Shown here: positions 25,901-38,689 of the stretch, piece by piece | How positions within the stretch are numbered: position 1 is the first letter of the stretch | Layout: each line of letters starts with the position of its first letter | Assembly: GCF_016432865.1 (NCBI RefSeq) | Contig: NC_067398.1 | Location: 649,574,001 to 649,638,000 of the forward strand | Reading direction: 5' to 3' | DNA from: Antechinus flavipes | Lineage: Eukaryota | Length of the DNA stretch: 64,000 nucleotides | The notes under the pieces: model-generated | What the model saw: the letters and a program-made list of their open reading frames with translations, nothing else | Told to the model about the DNA's origin: nothing | Database searches by the model: none | Position numbers and translations under genes: made by a program

Positions 25901-28883
25901 TGTTGTTGTCTTCCCACTTGGTGCCGTGCCAGCTCTTCTTGCGGAGCTCCCCGCCACGAGTGTGCACGCCTTCCCAGGAATTGTAGGCCCGGAGCTGGTC
26001 GACAACGTGGCTGATGAGGTGCAGGCAGCAGGGCTGGGGCTCCCCCGGCGGCGGCGGCGGCAGGCGCCGCACCACCTGCATGGGGCAGCGCGCGGCGTTG
26101 GCGCGCAGCAAAGCGCCCTCGTTGCTCAGCACCAGCAGGACCTCGCGGGGCACGCAGTAGGCCGTGGCCGCGGCCAGCTCCCCGGGCTGCAGCAGCAGGG
26201 TGGAGATCATCAGCCCGGTGACGGAGGAGAAGACGCGCACCGTGCCGTCGGCGCACCTGCTCACTATTCGCTGCGGCAGCAAGTGCCGCTCCGCCTGCGG
26301 CAGCGGAGGCGCCAGTTCCAGGCCTTGCACGCTCGAGTTAAGGGTGGCCAGGGGGTGGTGCAGCTGGCGCACGGTCCACAGCTCCAGGTACGTGGCGCCC
26401 TGGGCCAGCAGGGGCGCCCCCGGCCGCACCGGAGGCCAGAGACGGCACACCGTCTCGAAGCAGTTGCTAGGGGTGGGGTATGACATAATCTCTTCCTTCC
26501 CGGAGATCCCGTCCCAAGGACTCCGAAGAGACACTTCGCCCATTTGCTGCGCCGTCTCCAAGTTCCAGGTGCGCAGAGTCATGTCCTGGGACGCTGACAG
26601 CACCAGCATCGAGTTAGGCAACAAGGCCAAAGCTGTCACTGGACCTGAATGGTGGGGCCGGGACACGACATGGGTCACCAGAACCAGGGAACACAACCTC
26701 GCGAATGGGGGGCGGGAGATACAGGCCGGGGGCCACCTCCTGGGAAGGGGATGCCTAGGTACAGTGTAGGGGAGGGGAGAGAGCGAAAGGTAAGGGAAAG
26801 CAGGACTGCCTCACGGAGCAAGGTGGCGGAAGGTTCCACACGCTGGGAATGGGTGACGGGTCCTAGGGCAGCGCCTGGTGCAAGTAGAAGTGAAGAGTGG
26901 AGCCAGATATCTAGGGGTGCTGCATCTTGATAATAAAGAGGGTGAATGGAAGGCTCCAGGTATCCTAGTCTACCTAGTAGGGTAGGATTTAGAGCAGAGT
27001 CGTGGAATCATAAGAACGGCAAATGAAGTCTGGAGACTGTGCCTTCATTACCTCTATGGCCCACAAAAACGCTGCGGATCTGCCAGTCGGGATCCCACAC
27101 CTTCACTGTGCTGTCTCGAGACGCTGTTACCACAACATCTGCAACTTCACAGTACAGCACGTCCGAGATTAGGCTAGGGAGGGAGCAGAGGAGGAGGCTA
27201 ATCTAAGACTCCTCTGTAAAACATGCCGTGTAGGCCAGAAAGTTGCTGTATGAGCTCAGTTCCATCCTCCATCGCCCTCCCGGTAAACCCTAGCCTGCCA
27301 ATCCTCTGCTCCTTTGCCTTGCTCGGTTCTCAGTATATCTTGGAGCCCCCTTCCTTCCCTCCTCTCCTTTTCAGTCGATCCCTTCCACCTCTCTCACGTT
27401 TTGTGCAGCTTCCGGCGCACATCCAAAATCTTGCGGTTAGCCAGGTCGTAGGTGAACAAGTCAGTCCCATAGACGGCGAAGCAACGGGGGAAGACCCCAC
27501 GGGGGGCCACGTCTACAGCCAGGCGGCTGAAAGATCGTCCTTGTTTTGAGAGAGTCGGGAGCACAGCGGCCAACACCAGTCGCCGGCCACCACCTCGAAA
27601 TTCCCATAATGACAGTCCACCTCCCTGCTCACCAATGACCACCATCGATTTCCCAGGTATCAAACCACAGCATGTGGGTAGCTGGGACGGGTCCAAGATG
27701 TTGCGGGACATTACTTCCAGGTCTTTGCTCAGTACCACTATTCCTTTGGGGCCCCAACCTATAAAGCGGCCTGGACGCTGGCCCATGTGCTGAAAACCCA
27801 CGAGGGCCACGAGTCCCGTCAGTTCTATCGGCAATTGGATGTGGCCACGGGCCCAGCCATCTTCTTCGTGCAGATGCAATTGGCCTAATCTGTCCAGGAG
27901 CACCAGGCGTGTGCTTTCCGAGTCTCGGGCCACTGCCAGCAGTCCTGCGGGAATCTCCAAGCGCCGCAGGGACTCCAAGCCGTGGGTCAAGTGCATCACC
28001 CTCAACTCGGTGCGCTTCATCTGCGGAGACCACAAGACTTCCGGTGAGGCAGAGTGTCGCCGGCTCGATGAGCGCTTGGGTTGGGGTGAACCAGAGGAGA
28101 GCGTGTTGGGAAAAGAAGTGAAAGGACCACCCAAGGGAGGATGTCTTGGGGAGATCACCCAATGGGGGAACATAGGGGGAAGCCCCACAGGGGAGTCACA
28201 GGGAGAGGACCGCCATGTGGCGTCACAGATGGACCCTGGTGAAGACAGGATGGGGGCTGGGTCCCTACCTTTTCCACTAAACGGTACAAGCCGGAGCGCA
28301 ACACGAGCCAGAGTCGGCGGGCCCGGGAGTAAGGCAAGATGCTCCACCACAGTTCGTTCGAGGAGAAAGAGCCAGTCGTCGTTGTGGTCACGTCCTCGAC
28401 TTTTGGACATGAATACCAGAGTCCATGGCAGGGGTAACCCAAGATCCTCCCTGTCCCCATTCTCCTGTCCCTACTACACACTGGAATCTAAAAGCTGGGG
28501 CTGTGGGATTAGGTGGGGAGCCTGCTTCCTCTGCTCTCAGGTCTGGAGGGCCTCGACATTAGTTTACCATGACCAAGTGGGAAGAGGGAGGGAAAGGCTG
28601 GGACGAGGGGTTCCCAAGAAACGGAAGGTAGGATTAGAGAGTGGATTCTGGTGGAGACAAACTTAGTACTTTCCTATTCTAAAATCTTTTTCGGACTGTA
28701 TACATTTCGAAGCTCACCTGACTGGGCCGGGCCAGTGCCCTGACTTTCAAGTTCCAGGGTTTGCGGAGGCTCTTCCAACGTTTCGAGATTATCCATTTTG
28801 TGGACCCTTTGACTTGGCGCCAAGGTTGTCTTAGACCTTTTCCGCTCCATTGCGGCTCTGGGACCTGGGTTGGGGGCTGCCAT
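10934..28883 (-). CDS. WDR97: WD repeat-containing protein 97 (KIAA1875), multi-exon; N-terminal ~1,030 codons traced, C-terminal exons unresolved
   Basis: GT-AG, phase-consistent exons (minus): 28718-28883 (start uncertain), 28269-28399, 27398-28020, 27052-27173, 25900-26644, 25652-25794, 24339-24581, 24114-24204, 23813-23945, 23468-23589, 22436-22499, 14834-14989, 11154-11270, 10934-11032. Candidate phase-0 exons lie at 14643-14720 and 13783-13851. Peptides match human WDR97 as I recall it: SRARRLWLVLRSG, LTHGLESLRRLE, TASRDSTVKVWDPDWQIRSVFVGH, ANAARCPMQV, DPTDHITGLCCCPYLKLYASSSLDCTLRIW, AFHNYLQVIYGS, QSSICQNWGMSLDV. The position next to MAF1 fits known synteny. Confidence 0.88.
11280..13760. 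repeat. Degenerate purine-rich minisatellite-like array, unit ~21-25 nt
   Basis: Recurring GAT(A/G)TT(A/G)GG(A/G)AA(A/G)GGTCC-like units. Six 24-nt units are visible in 11620-11820, and a near-perfect 23-nt tandem pair lies at ~12703-12750. Confidence 0.6.
15055..15696 (+). repeat. 5' LTR of the provirus (642 bp)
   Basis: Near-identical to 21305-22132, with TATA at ~15302 and AATAAA at ~15547, followed by the PBS. Confidence 0.92.
16024..18600 (+). mobile_element. Outer 5'-truncated LINE-1 (16024-16486 plus 18087-18600, ~1 kb) inserted in gag
   Basis: It has the ORF2 C-terminus (EMQIKTTLRYHYTPVR...CWRGCGKTGTLMHCWW), a 3' UTR and an A-rich tail. The 16-bp TSD is AAAAGGAATTGGATTT (16008-23) / AAAAGGAATTTGATTT (18601-16). 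Confidence 0.9.
16487..18070 (+). mobile_element. Inner, younger 5'-truncated LINE-1 (1,584 bp) inserted in the outer L1
   Basis: ORF2 is uninterrupted from 16487 to 17707 (PDLKLYYKA...KTIWYW...LTPYTKIRSKWV...HCWW). A 3' UTR and poly(A) run to 18070. The TSD AAGAAATGACCAGCAG (16471-86 / 18071-86) is a perfect 16-bp match. Confidence 0.92.
20165..20359 (+). pseudogene. Probable remnant of the integrase C-terminus
   Basis: LDRLTAWEKGFACIF resembles the betaretroviral integrase C-terminal motif (L..WGRG(F/Y)ACV). No protease or RT motifs lie between gag and this segment. Confidence 0.55.
21305..22132 (+). repeat. 3' LTR of the provirus (828 bp) with a 49-bp tandem array in U3
   Basis: Preceded by the PPT and followed by the TSD. 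Array units start at 21305, 21354, 21403, 21452, 21501 and 21550 (partial). Confidence 0.92.
24860..25260 (+). mobile_element. Old L1-like 3' fragment in WDR97 intron 6
   Basis: GATGCCCATCGATTG...ATGGAATGTTACTG...GAAGTAAACAGAACCAGG resembles the L1 ORF2 terminus. Confidence 0.6.
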
Positions 28884-30095
28884 TCCTTACCCCAGGGACA
28901 GCTCCCTCTCCCTGTTTCAACGTGCAGAGGGGCAGAATCCCTCTTCTGTATTCCTAAGGGGACAGTGCCCCGCTATTGAAGCTCCTTCATGTAATAGAGC
29001 CGATCCCACCCTTCCACATAACTGCGTCCCACGGTTCAATCACTCTGTTTTCTAGCTTGTTGTCAATCCCTCATTACTTCGTCTCCATGGTAGCGCCACC
29101 CCAGTATTCCTCCCTCCCCCTCCATAGGAATGCCCCTCCCCAGAATAGACTCCTTAATTACATCTCTCGGCACTTAATACTCCACAGAGTAGCCCGTCCC
29201 ACTCCCTGATAACTCTACAAGCAAACTTTCCATAACGGGCCCGATCTTTCCTCATCACATCTTTCTCATCCCTCCTTCTGGTCCTAATGTCCGGCACCTG
29301 GCCATACACCTCAACCACATCCCTGGGTGGCGCCTCTCCCACAGCAGTGACCCATCTTGAAATGGTCTTCCAAACTACATCCCTCGGGAGCCCCTCTTCA
29401 TTCCTTCCAGAATTCCTCTCGGAACAGCACTCCATCCCTTTTCAGACCACATTTTATCCCACGCGTCTCTTCCCCTGAGAGATCACTCCCCTGCTGAGCT
29501 ATTCTCCTTATTGCAGCGCCGAATCCCGCGACCCGGCCCCCCTCAGTTTTCCGATACCGTCTCCTCAGAGCCCCTCCAAAGCGCCACCACAGGCCTGCAC
29601 CCGGCGTAGCCACACCCTTCTCTGTAACTCCTCCCTTAGCAGTGTCCAATCCCGGGGCAGATTGAGGTCATATGTGACCGTAACCCCGCAGTCCTCAAGG
29701 CAGCGTTTTTTTCGTTACAGTGGCGAACCACTTATATACTTTACTCGCCCAATAGTCTTGCTTTTACAAATTTCTCGATGTTTTTAGGCTTGATCCCATT
29801 CCACTAGAATTCACCTACGGCGAGAGTCCAGTACCGGTCACTCCTACCGTTCCACCCTTCTTTGGCTGGCTGCTAGGACACCCGATGAGCCAGACCCCTC
29901 CCCCCTCTAAGCGAGACTTGTGTTCGAGGAGGTGAGGAAGCCTCCGGCCGGGCACGAAGACACTACGCAGCCAATGGAGCTGGGCCTCTGCCGCTGGCTC
30001 GTGGTCTCATCCCTCTCCCTTGCCATCTCCACCCCAGTTGCATCTAGCTATTTTATCCCCCCCAGCCCAGGCACTCAGAGCTTAGTCACAGAAAC

Positions 30096-30101
30096 TTTAT
30101 T
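30096..30101 (-). terminator. MAF1 polyadenylation signal AATAAA
   Basis: TTTATT on the plus strand, ~570 nt downstream of the stop codon. Confidence 0.65.
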
Positions 30102-30669
30102 GGAGACAAACACAGAGCTGCAGCAAAGTGACCCCTCAGTGCACACTGGCTGCCCCTCAGGGCTGGGCCGAGGTAGGAGGGGCCTGGGGCCTGGGTCCCG
30201 TCCTGCCTTGCCCCGGCACCACTAGGTGAAGGCTACACCCAGAGTTCAGACCAGCTATCAGCAGGCCCAGAGGACAGCCCCCACCTGTCCCCAGGGATGT
30301 GGGGTGGAGTGTGGTGGGGAAAATAGGGGCAAGCGCCCCTGTACAAAATATAAAAATACAATCTGGGAGCCAGAGGGTGCAGGTCAAAGCTCGCCCTGAC
30401 ACCTCCAAGGACAGTCAATGGGACTCGATCCTTTCCTCAAGAGTCCAGGGCTAGGCAGCATGAGGGAGAAGGCAGGGGCTCTGGTGCTGGTTCTGGAGGA
30501 GTGGGAAAAGTTCGGGGAGAGTCAGTTGCTCACAGTCTGGAGCCAAAGTGCAAGGAGGGCTAAGCCCAGCTGGTTGCAGAGGGATGGCCAACTGGGGGGC
30601 CCAAGGGGATGGAGCAGACAGGAAAAGTCCCCGCTCAAGAGCAGTGAAGATGAGTGGTTCCTGTACCTC

Positions 30670-33600
30670 TCACATGCAGATCACCTGGAGCCTGAGAAGA
30701 GAGGACATAAGGACATTAGCAGGAGACCAACAAGGGGGGAGAAAGGAATTGAGCTGGTCAAAGCCCTAAAAGCTGAGGTAGGAGCAGCATCACCAAAGAC
30801 AGGTGTGAGCTCTTGAAGGGTCTGGGACAAGGACAGTTATCAAGGGATGGGAGCCAAGGAGAGAAAAGTCAGGTTATTGAAACTTCTCCCCTTCACGGAC
30901 GAGCCAGGGCAAGAGAATACGGATTGCAAAGTGGCCCCAATCCTGAAGGCAAACCTGTCCTCCATGGTGCTGGGCTCCTCTGTTGCCCCCTCGCTGCTGC
31001 TACCCCCTCTTTCTTCCTCCTCTTCCTCTTCCTCCTCTCCCAAGTCCATGTCCAATTCATGGCCAGCCTCTGATCGAGTGTATGTGGAGCCACTGTGGGA
31101 GCAGGGGAGACATGGCCTTAGGAGTCCCTTCCAGCCCTGAGACCCCTTTCCCCCATACATACACAGTCCAAGTGGCCCCAGAAGAGCTGAGGGCAGGGAC
31201 ACTGGTGCAGACCTGATCGATCGGCAGCTGAAGAAAACAATGCGCTTGAGTCGCTTGTTGTAGAAAAAGTAGTTGAAGGACCAGAGGCTGCCATCTTCAC
31301 CAAAGGGGTCAGAATCCAGGTCAGGATTGTAGCTGGGGGGGTGTGTGGGGTGGGACAAGGTTAGAGATCCCCTTGGGTACCTGAACACCTCCCACTCCCC
31401 ATGAATATTATTTGGGCTGAGAGAGCCCCAAACAAGAGAGAAGAATGAAAACCATGTGGCTTCAATTCATTAAGTGTCTACTCCAAGCCAGGCATATTGG
31501 ATAGTGAGCACACAAACGATGTCAGAGAGCTTATAGTCTACTGGGGGAAATATGTATAACATTAAATAAACACTCAATACAAATACAAGTCATTTCTAGG
31601 TGATGAAAATGCCAATAAACTACCCAACAATCAAAGGCTCGGCTTGCACAGCAAATGCCCCCTGAAATTTGAGCCCTGAAGAAAGTCTTGTCCTGGAGAC
31701 TAGAAGAGGTGGGAATGGGAAGGAGGGGGGTGTCAGTCACTTCATAGGAAGGCACCCAAACTGAAGATGGAAGAGAGAAGGCTCATCGTGAGGGCGATGG
31801 GAAGCCAGTATGCAAAGATGGACTGGGCTCTTAATGAAGAAGAGTTTAAAACGTTAAACAGTTTTTATTTTATCTGAGAGGTAACAGGAAAACACCGGGT
31901 CTTCCTGGGTAGGGAATGAACAGTCAGATTGGTCTTAAAAATATCAACTCTGTAATTGTAGAGAGGGAAGAAACAGGATGCACACAGACCAATTAGAAAA
32001 CTACTGCCATAGTCAGAGATGAAGGCCTAAGCCATCATGACAAAAGTGAGGACTACATAATAGAAATATGGGATTGGATAATGTTACAAGAGGAGGAAAA
32101 TTGGAAGAGTTGGCAACTGATTGAACATGGGAAATGAAGGAAAAGGACAAGTTGACGATGACTATAAGGTGATGAACCCGGGTGACTGGAAAGACAAGAG
32201 TGGCCTTGGTAGATAGAGAAAACTTACAAAAAGGAAGGGTGGTTTTGAGAAAAAGACTAGTTGATAAGTTGGTAAGATGCCAAGTATTCAGAACAAGGGA
32301 TCTTAACTTGATACTTGTATTTGTTTTTAAAAAATATTTTGATAACTATACTTCAACATAATTGGTTTCTTTTGTAATCTCATGGATTTTATTTTGTACA
32401 TTCAAAAACATTAGAAGAGGTCCACAGACTTCACCAGACTGTCAAAGGGTCCAGGACACCACAAAAGTATAAAAAAGAGAAGATGGTCTAGTATAGAATG
32501 AGCCAGACCTGAATGATGATGTAAGCAAAGGCTTCTAAGGTGTAGCCAAGAGCATAAACCCCCTAATGGTTCCCTGTATATGCTCTGACTGACTTTCAAA
32601 TCCCTCTTGGATCCCCACCTGTAGATATCACACTCAGACAGGCAAATCTCTTCATCCACTGCATTCCAGAGCTGGGGCTTCAGGGCAGTAAAGTCCTCAC
32701 GAACTGCAGAGAACAGGCTGCAATTTACTGAGTTCACCACCTGGACAGGCATGGAGAGGGAGGAATAATGACAAGAATATTTTGTTCATCCCCAACATAA
32801 GCCAGCCAGAGGACAAAAATGTGAGAGAGGGGCCAGTTCTAGCTGTCCACCCACCATTAAGGTCACAACTCCCCCCAACACATAGGCTCTGCCCCACCTA
32901 AGAAAAGGACCAGCCCCACTCTACCCCCTCCCCCCATGCCTCCTCTCTCACCCAGTTGAGGCTTGGTTCTCGGCTGAACTCGTGGCTCTTAGCAGTACTG
33001 AAGTCATAATCAGGCCTGAAAGACTCATTGAGAGTGGCAATCAGATAGAAGAGGGTCTTTCGGCTGCACTTATCACTCAGTGGCCCTTCTTCTTCTCCTC
33101 CCTGGCTCTTGCTCAGCCTGCCAGGGAAATGGCCCTGTCATCTTTCTTACCCCACTTGTGACCACCCCCCACATTCAGAATCCCTGGGTACCCTTCCCCT
33201 GGGGCTTGGAGAACCCATCTTTCCTATAGGACAGACCATACCTGCTGGGGCTGAGGCCAGAGGTCTGGGGGGGCGACAGAGCCTCTAGTACATGGGGCCG
33301 GCCCTCCTGGCAGAATTGCTTGAACATATGCTTGTCGTCCCCTGCCATCTTACAGGAGTAACTCTCGATCCTGAGGGGAAGGGGGAGAGATCCACAGATG
33401 AGGGTGGAGAATGTAAAGAGCACAGGACTAGAAGACAGGAAACAAATCATAACCACCCATATTTCTAAAGTTTTGAAGTTTTTCTCCCCAAAGTCCTAAG
33501 AAATAGATCATATAGGGACAAAAAGGAAGCTGAGGTACAGGGAAGTTAAGTGACCTGACCAGGATTAGTTATACAACTAGTAATTGTCAGAGTTTGAACC

Positions 33601-36600
33601 CAAATCCTTCCAATCTACAGTCCAAAGTATTTTCCCCTAATTCGAGAACAAGTATGAAATCTGTACTAATTAACATGGTGAGCCTGTGAACAATTCACCA
33701 TCTCCTACACAAATATCAGTTTCCTGCTTTTGGTTCATATTTTTACTTGGAGTGATGCCTATTAATCCCTTTCTTAAAGCCCAATTCAAATGGCTTCCAC
33801 TTCTTCCAGGATGTATCCCCCATTCCCCTAAATTCATTCTCCAAGGTTATAATCATTTATTCAATGAACAATTGGGCAATGAAAAAGATACAAAATTGGT
33901 TCCTATCCTCCAGGAGCTTGGGTCAAGTAGAAAGATAAAACACAAATGGAGACAATTTATAAAAATTACAATACAATATTTGTATTTTACAATTTACAAT
34001 AATAAAAGCACCTTATGGAGTTATAAAACAAAATACCAGCAATAGATTTAATCTTCTTTGCAGCCCTAAATCTATGATCCACCAGAGATGCATTTGAGTT
34101 GAGGTGGAAAGAACAGCCAGGAATTCCACTGATAAAGAGTGGGAAAGAAGAACAGAGGGAACTGTCTGAATAAAGGAAAAATAAAAAAGGATTCTGGTAT
34201 AGGGTATGTTTAGAAAAGAGTTCAGTTTTGTGGGAATATAGATAGCATACATAGGAATAACATAAAATAAGACTGGAAAGGCAAAATGAAAGCAGGTTAT
34301 GAAGGGCTCTATAGAATAGGATGGAGAGTCTGATTTTGATTTGAGGGCACCAATTAAGATTTTTGAACATAGGAGTAACATGAACATATCAACGTGTAAA
34401 GAAAATTACTTCAGATACTAAGGATGTTTTGGAGGAAGGAGAGAGGAAGAGCCAAAAAACTTGGGAAGTCAAATGATAAGGACCTGAAGTAGGATGGTCT
34501 CAAGTGGGACCTGTTCACTACTGCATGGTGATCCTTTTACCACATTCTCTAGAGCAACTCTTCTCAATTTCCTTGAATTTCCTACTTTATATCTCCCTCC
34601 TCTCATCAAATCACCTCACTGACTTATTTTACTGAGAAAATTGAGACTACTATCAATTCTCCTCCATATCTCAAAACTACTATTATATAATCTTCATTTT
34701 CTGTTACTTCTTTGAGTCTCTAAAGAAATGGCCCTGTTTGTCAAGGCAAAGCTTTCTGCTTCTGCCCTCCACCCTTGCCTCCAGGAGTAAAACCCAATCA
34801 TTCCTTTTCTTTTATCTTCAATTTCCTTATCTCTACAAGTTTCTTATTTGCTACCTTAAAAAATGTTCAAGCACCACCAATCCTTAAAAACCTAAACTTG
34901 ACTCTGCGATCTCCTCAAACTATTGTCTTGCCTTTCTCTCATTGCTATGCTGTCTATTTCAAATGCGATGGCTATTTCTTTGACCTCCTGCAATTCATTG
35001 CTGACCATCTTTCCCTTCCTTCCTTGGCCTCTCCAATCTTTCAAGGTTTATTTCTTACCTGCCTACATCTTTGCTTATTCATCTTCAATCTCCCTCCTTT
35101 AACCATGGGTGTGTCCTCCAAGGCAGTCACAGATAGATATTCCTTTCTTTCTGTATTTTCTTCTTTAGTGACTTATCAGTTTCTATGAGTTCAATTATCA
35201 TAAGCAGACAGATAACTCCAAACATAACATATCCCCATTTATCTGTTTCCTCCATTTCCAAATGCAACACTGAATTATCTGCCGAACATCTCTTTTTTCA
35301 CATTCCATAAACATCTCAAACTCTGAATGCCCAAAATTGAACTCCTCTTCTTTCCCCTAACTTCCCTATCTCAGTGAAGGATACTACCATCTCCCAAGTT
35401 TACAATCTCAGAATCATCTTTGATCTTTCCCTATCCTACAAGCAACCAGGGGCCAACTCTACCTCCATAACATCTAGTCAGTACTCTTCACTTCACTTAC
35501 CATTACCACAGCTAGGTCTCATTACCTTTTGCCTGAACTGTTAATAGTGATAATTGTTAATAATTGATCTCTCTACTTCTGATCTTTCCTCTATCTAATC
35601 CTCCAAGAGATGCCAAAATAATTTTTCTAGGATTATTTTGTCCTGATCATATCACTCCCTTGTTCAAGTCTTCAAGGGCTCCCTAACCATATTAACTTCC
35701 TAGCTCATTATTCCCCAGTCATGCTACATTCCAATCAAAATGGTATTACAAGTCAATGAAATGAGGTGAGATCTTTCAAGACAGTTGTGAAAATCGAGTA
35801 AGGCTTCATCTATTTCAAAGTTTGAGTAGGCCTGATGGACTTTAAGCATTAAGTCAAGGGCATATTTAAGCCCCGTCCCTGTTATCATCCTAAGGGAATA
35901 CTAAGTCTCCTTCTTGTTATCCTCCTATGACATCAGTGTCTTTGTTTCGATCAAATATGGGCAACTATGTACTTATTGGTCAAGTTCAATTTCTTGGACA
36001 GTTCCCCCTTTAGAATGTAAGATACTCAGCCAATAAGGATGAGGGTCAGTAGTGGGAGGGGGTATTTGTGTTAGGGATTAAAAGTGTTGACCCTGCCCCC
36101 TACAGTGCCTCCTCCCTTCGATTATCTGCAGGATGGGATGCAGGATTCTCGGGAGAACGTATAATAAACTTTGCTTTGCTTCTAGAGATCTCTCCAGCTT
36201 TTTTATTAAATGGTATCTGAACCACACACAAGGTTTTCCAAAAAGTTGGCATTCCATCTCCTGTCTCCAAGTACTTGAACAAACCAACCCCTACCATTAA
36301 AATGGCAGCTCTTTTATTCCTTAGATTCCTTTAAACTCAAATGTTATCTCCTCTTTGAAGTTGGGTCTTGATTCCCCAAGTCCTATTCAAATTACTTCAA
36401 ATTTAGACACATTATTTTCTCCACAGATTACAGACTCTCTGTTGGACTATTATGATTTTATCTTTTAATTCCTAGCACTTGACAAATGTTAGTTAACTAA
36501 ATTATGTATTTAATGTCTTCCCTCAGCACCTAGCAAAACATTCTGAAAAAAAAAAAGGGGGGGGTTTAATAAAACTTTGATGAACTGAAGTTTAGCTTCC

Positions 36601-37662
36601 TCAACTGTTCAAGCTATAAAATTCTGAGAGGAGAAGGAAGGGGCCAAGAGGATAGGAAAGGGAGAAGAGATAGAGGGAAGTAGAAGGGAAAGGAAGAGAG
36701 GAGAGAGAGAGAGATTGAACTCAATGGTCTCCAAGGTACCTTTCTAACATTAACATTTTGTGAGCTGATGTAATTGAGGAATCTGAAATAGGCCTGGGCA
36801 CACTCAAGGGGATAGAAAATGAGAATAAACAGTAATAGAGAAAAGGTTATAAATCTAGACACAAATAAGGAGGCTAGTTACATATGAAAGATAGATAACT
36901 GCATGGACACATACACAGGGGATAGATGTCAATCAAATATAGGGTTTTAAGGGATCATAGGTAGAGCTGGAAGAGATTTTGGAGCCCATCTAGTACAAGA
37001 TCCTCCTTTTATGGATGACAAAACCAAGATCTAGAGTGTATCACCCATTGTCAAAAACTAGATTTGAACCCAGTTGCTTCAGATTCTAAGACTAGTACTC
37101 TACTATACCAGAGGTGTCAGATACATGATAGTTTGAAGTTTTTCCAAATGTAATCCAAACCAGATTAAAATGTTACTGGGAAATATTTAACAAAATAAAA
37201 ATATACTAAAAGAGAGACAATGCTACATTTTAAAACTAAGTCAACATGTGGCTCCCAGGAAGTCTATTGTTTTGACACCATTCACCATTCCCTTCCACTA
37301 TGTTTAGCTTAACTGGATTCTAGGGCTAATTCTTGTAGAATCTTCATTCCTTTAACATATTTTAGGGAGTCAAGAGTACCTGGCTTTACAAACAAGATTT
37401 AAAAGCTGAAGTAAGTGAAATGGTAGGGGGGGGGGGGGTGATAAAAAGAGAGGAAGGAAATGGGTGGGTGGAGTCACTAACCACACAGCCCTCTCTTTAC
37501 CTTTACAGGGAAAGGAACCTTAGGGCCCTTTTCAAATCAAGTGCCTTCCCTTAGGGCAGATGAACCCTGAGGGCCTCACCTGCCAATGATGTGAGCATCA
37601 CCTGTCTCCACAGTTAATTGGGAGTTGATCGCCTCAAAACTGGAGTTTTCTAAGAGCTTCAT
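30670..37662 (-). CDS. MAF1: Repressor of RNA polymerase III transcription MAF1, 259 aa, 7 coding exons
   Basis: Coding exons 37580-37662, 33242-33370, 32952-33117, 32619-32740, 31213-31332, 30955-31092, 30670-30691. All are GT-AG and total 780 nt in one frame. The translation runs [41 protein letters not shown]...[21 protein letters not shown]...[40 protein letters not shown], then an acidic tail ending RLQVICM*. Confidence 0.98.
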
Positions 37663-38689
37663 CTTCTGCAGGGACCAGGGACAGGGAAGTCAAGGGCCTG
37701 GGGTCAGGACAGCAAAGATGTACCTGTTGGGAAAATGGGACATGTCACTGTGGTTCTGAGTTGTCTTGCTTGAGAAAGGAATAAGGAAGGTCATGTTAAA
37801 ATTTCACAACTGCCTACTCCTACTATGACAGAGCCTCAGGTCCCAGAAAAAAAGGATTTCTTGTGCCTTTCATCCCCACTCCCAGTCTGGCACTCCTCCC
37901 TCCCTGCCTAGTAAGTGGAGAAACTGTAAACAAGCACAACCCTGGCCCTGGCCCAGAACTTGTGGAGAGAACAGCAGGCAGGAGGACCAAGTGCCAACCT
38001 GGGGCAAATATACCTCCCTTCCCCTATCTAAACTTTAAGACACCAGAACCCCAGTCCCTCCCCTCTTGGAGAGCTCCCGTGTCACAGAGGGAAGATCCCC
38101 TTACCCCAGAGGAGAGGTCCGGTTTAGGGTGTCTTTTTCTCTCCCAAGCAATCTCCTGAAGCTTCACTATTTGACAGCCATTTCCTCCCTGCGCTCTATG
38201 TGTGTGCGTGTGTGTGTGTGCATGTGCATATATAGATGTGGACTTGCACATATACGGTGTGTACGGATACGTGCAAACAGCTACGACTATCACCCTAGGA
38301 CGCTGCTCAGCCTGGAGACCGTGGGGGAGGGGGCAGCGTAGGAAGCTGTCCAAGAACCTCTAGAGGCCCAGCATAAGGGGCGGGCAGGGCCCGAGGGCCT
38401 GGACACCTGCTGCTCAAGGGGAGGAGAAAGAGCAACCCAAAGCCACACCCGAGGGACTCCGTCACCAACCAACCTAACACGCCTCCATTCCCCCCCCACT
38501 CCTCTACTCCAGCCCCCCACTCCCAGTGAGTAGAGCCGGGTCTCCTTTACCTGGATTGATACGCCAGGTTGCTTAAAGCACTTGGAGATTTCCAGGGTAC
38601 CGGTCTTGACTCCCCAGAGGGAGGGGGAGGCTCCATACGCTAGCACCTAATGGAACCGGAGCTTCACTGGAGCCCGCTCCCAGCTCACT

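Noticed and set aside
25560-26769. Long plus-strand ORFs (307 aa, 201 aa) and extra minus frames
   Set aside because: They are shadow ORFs of GC-rich WDR97 exons 5-6 (an intragenic CpG island), with low-complexity A/G/R/P composition and no independent gene signals.
27839-28666. 275-aa plus-strand ORF
   Set aside because: Antisense to WDR97 exons 2-3, with no recognisable motif.
28884-30095. Very short MAF1-to-WDR97 spacing suggesting read-through
   Set aside because: The same tight arrangement is known in human, so it is not novel, and nothing in the sequence alone shows read-through.
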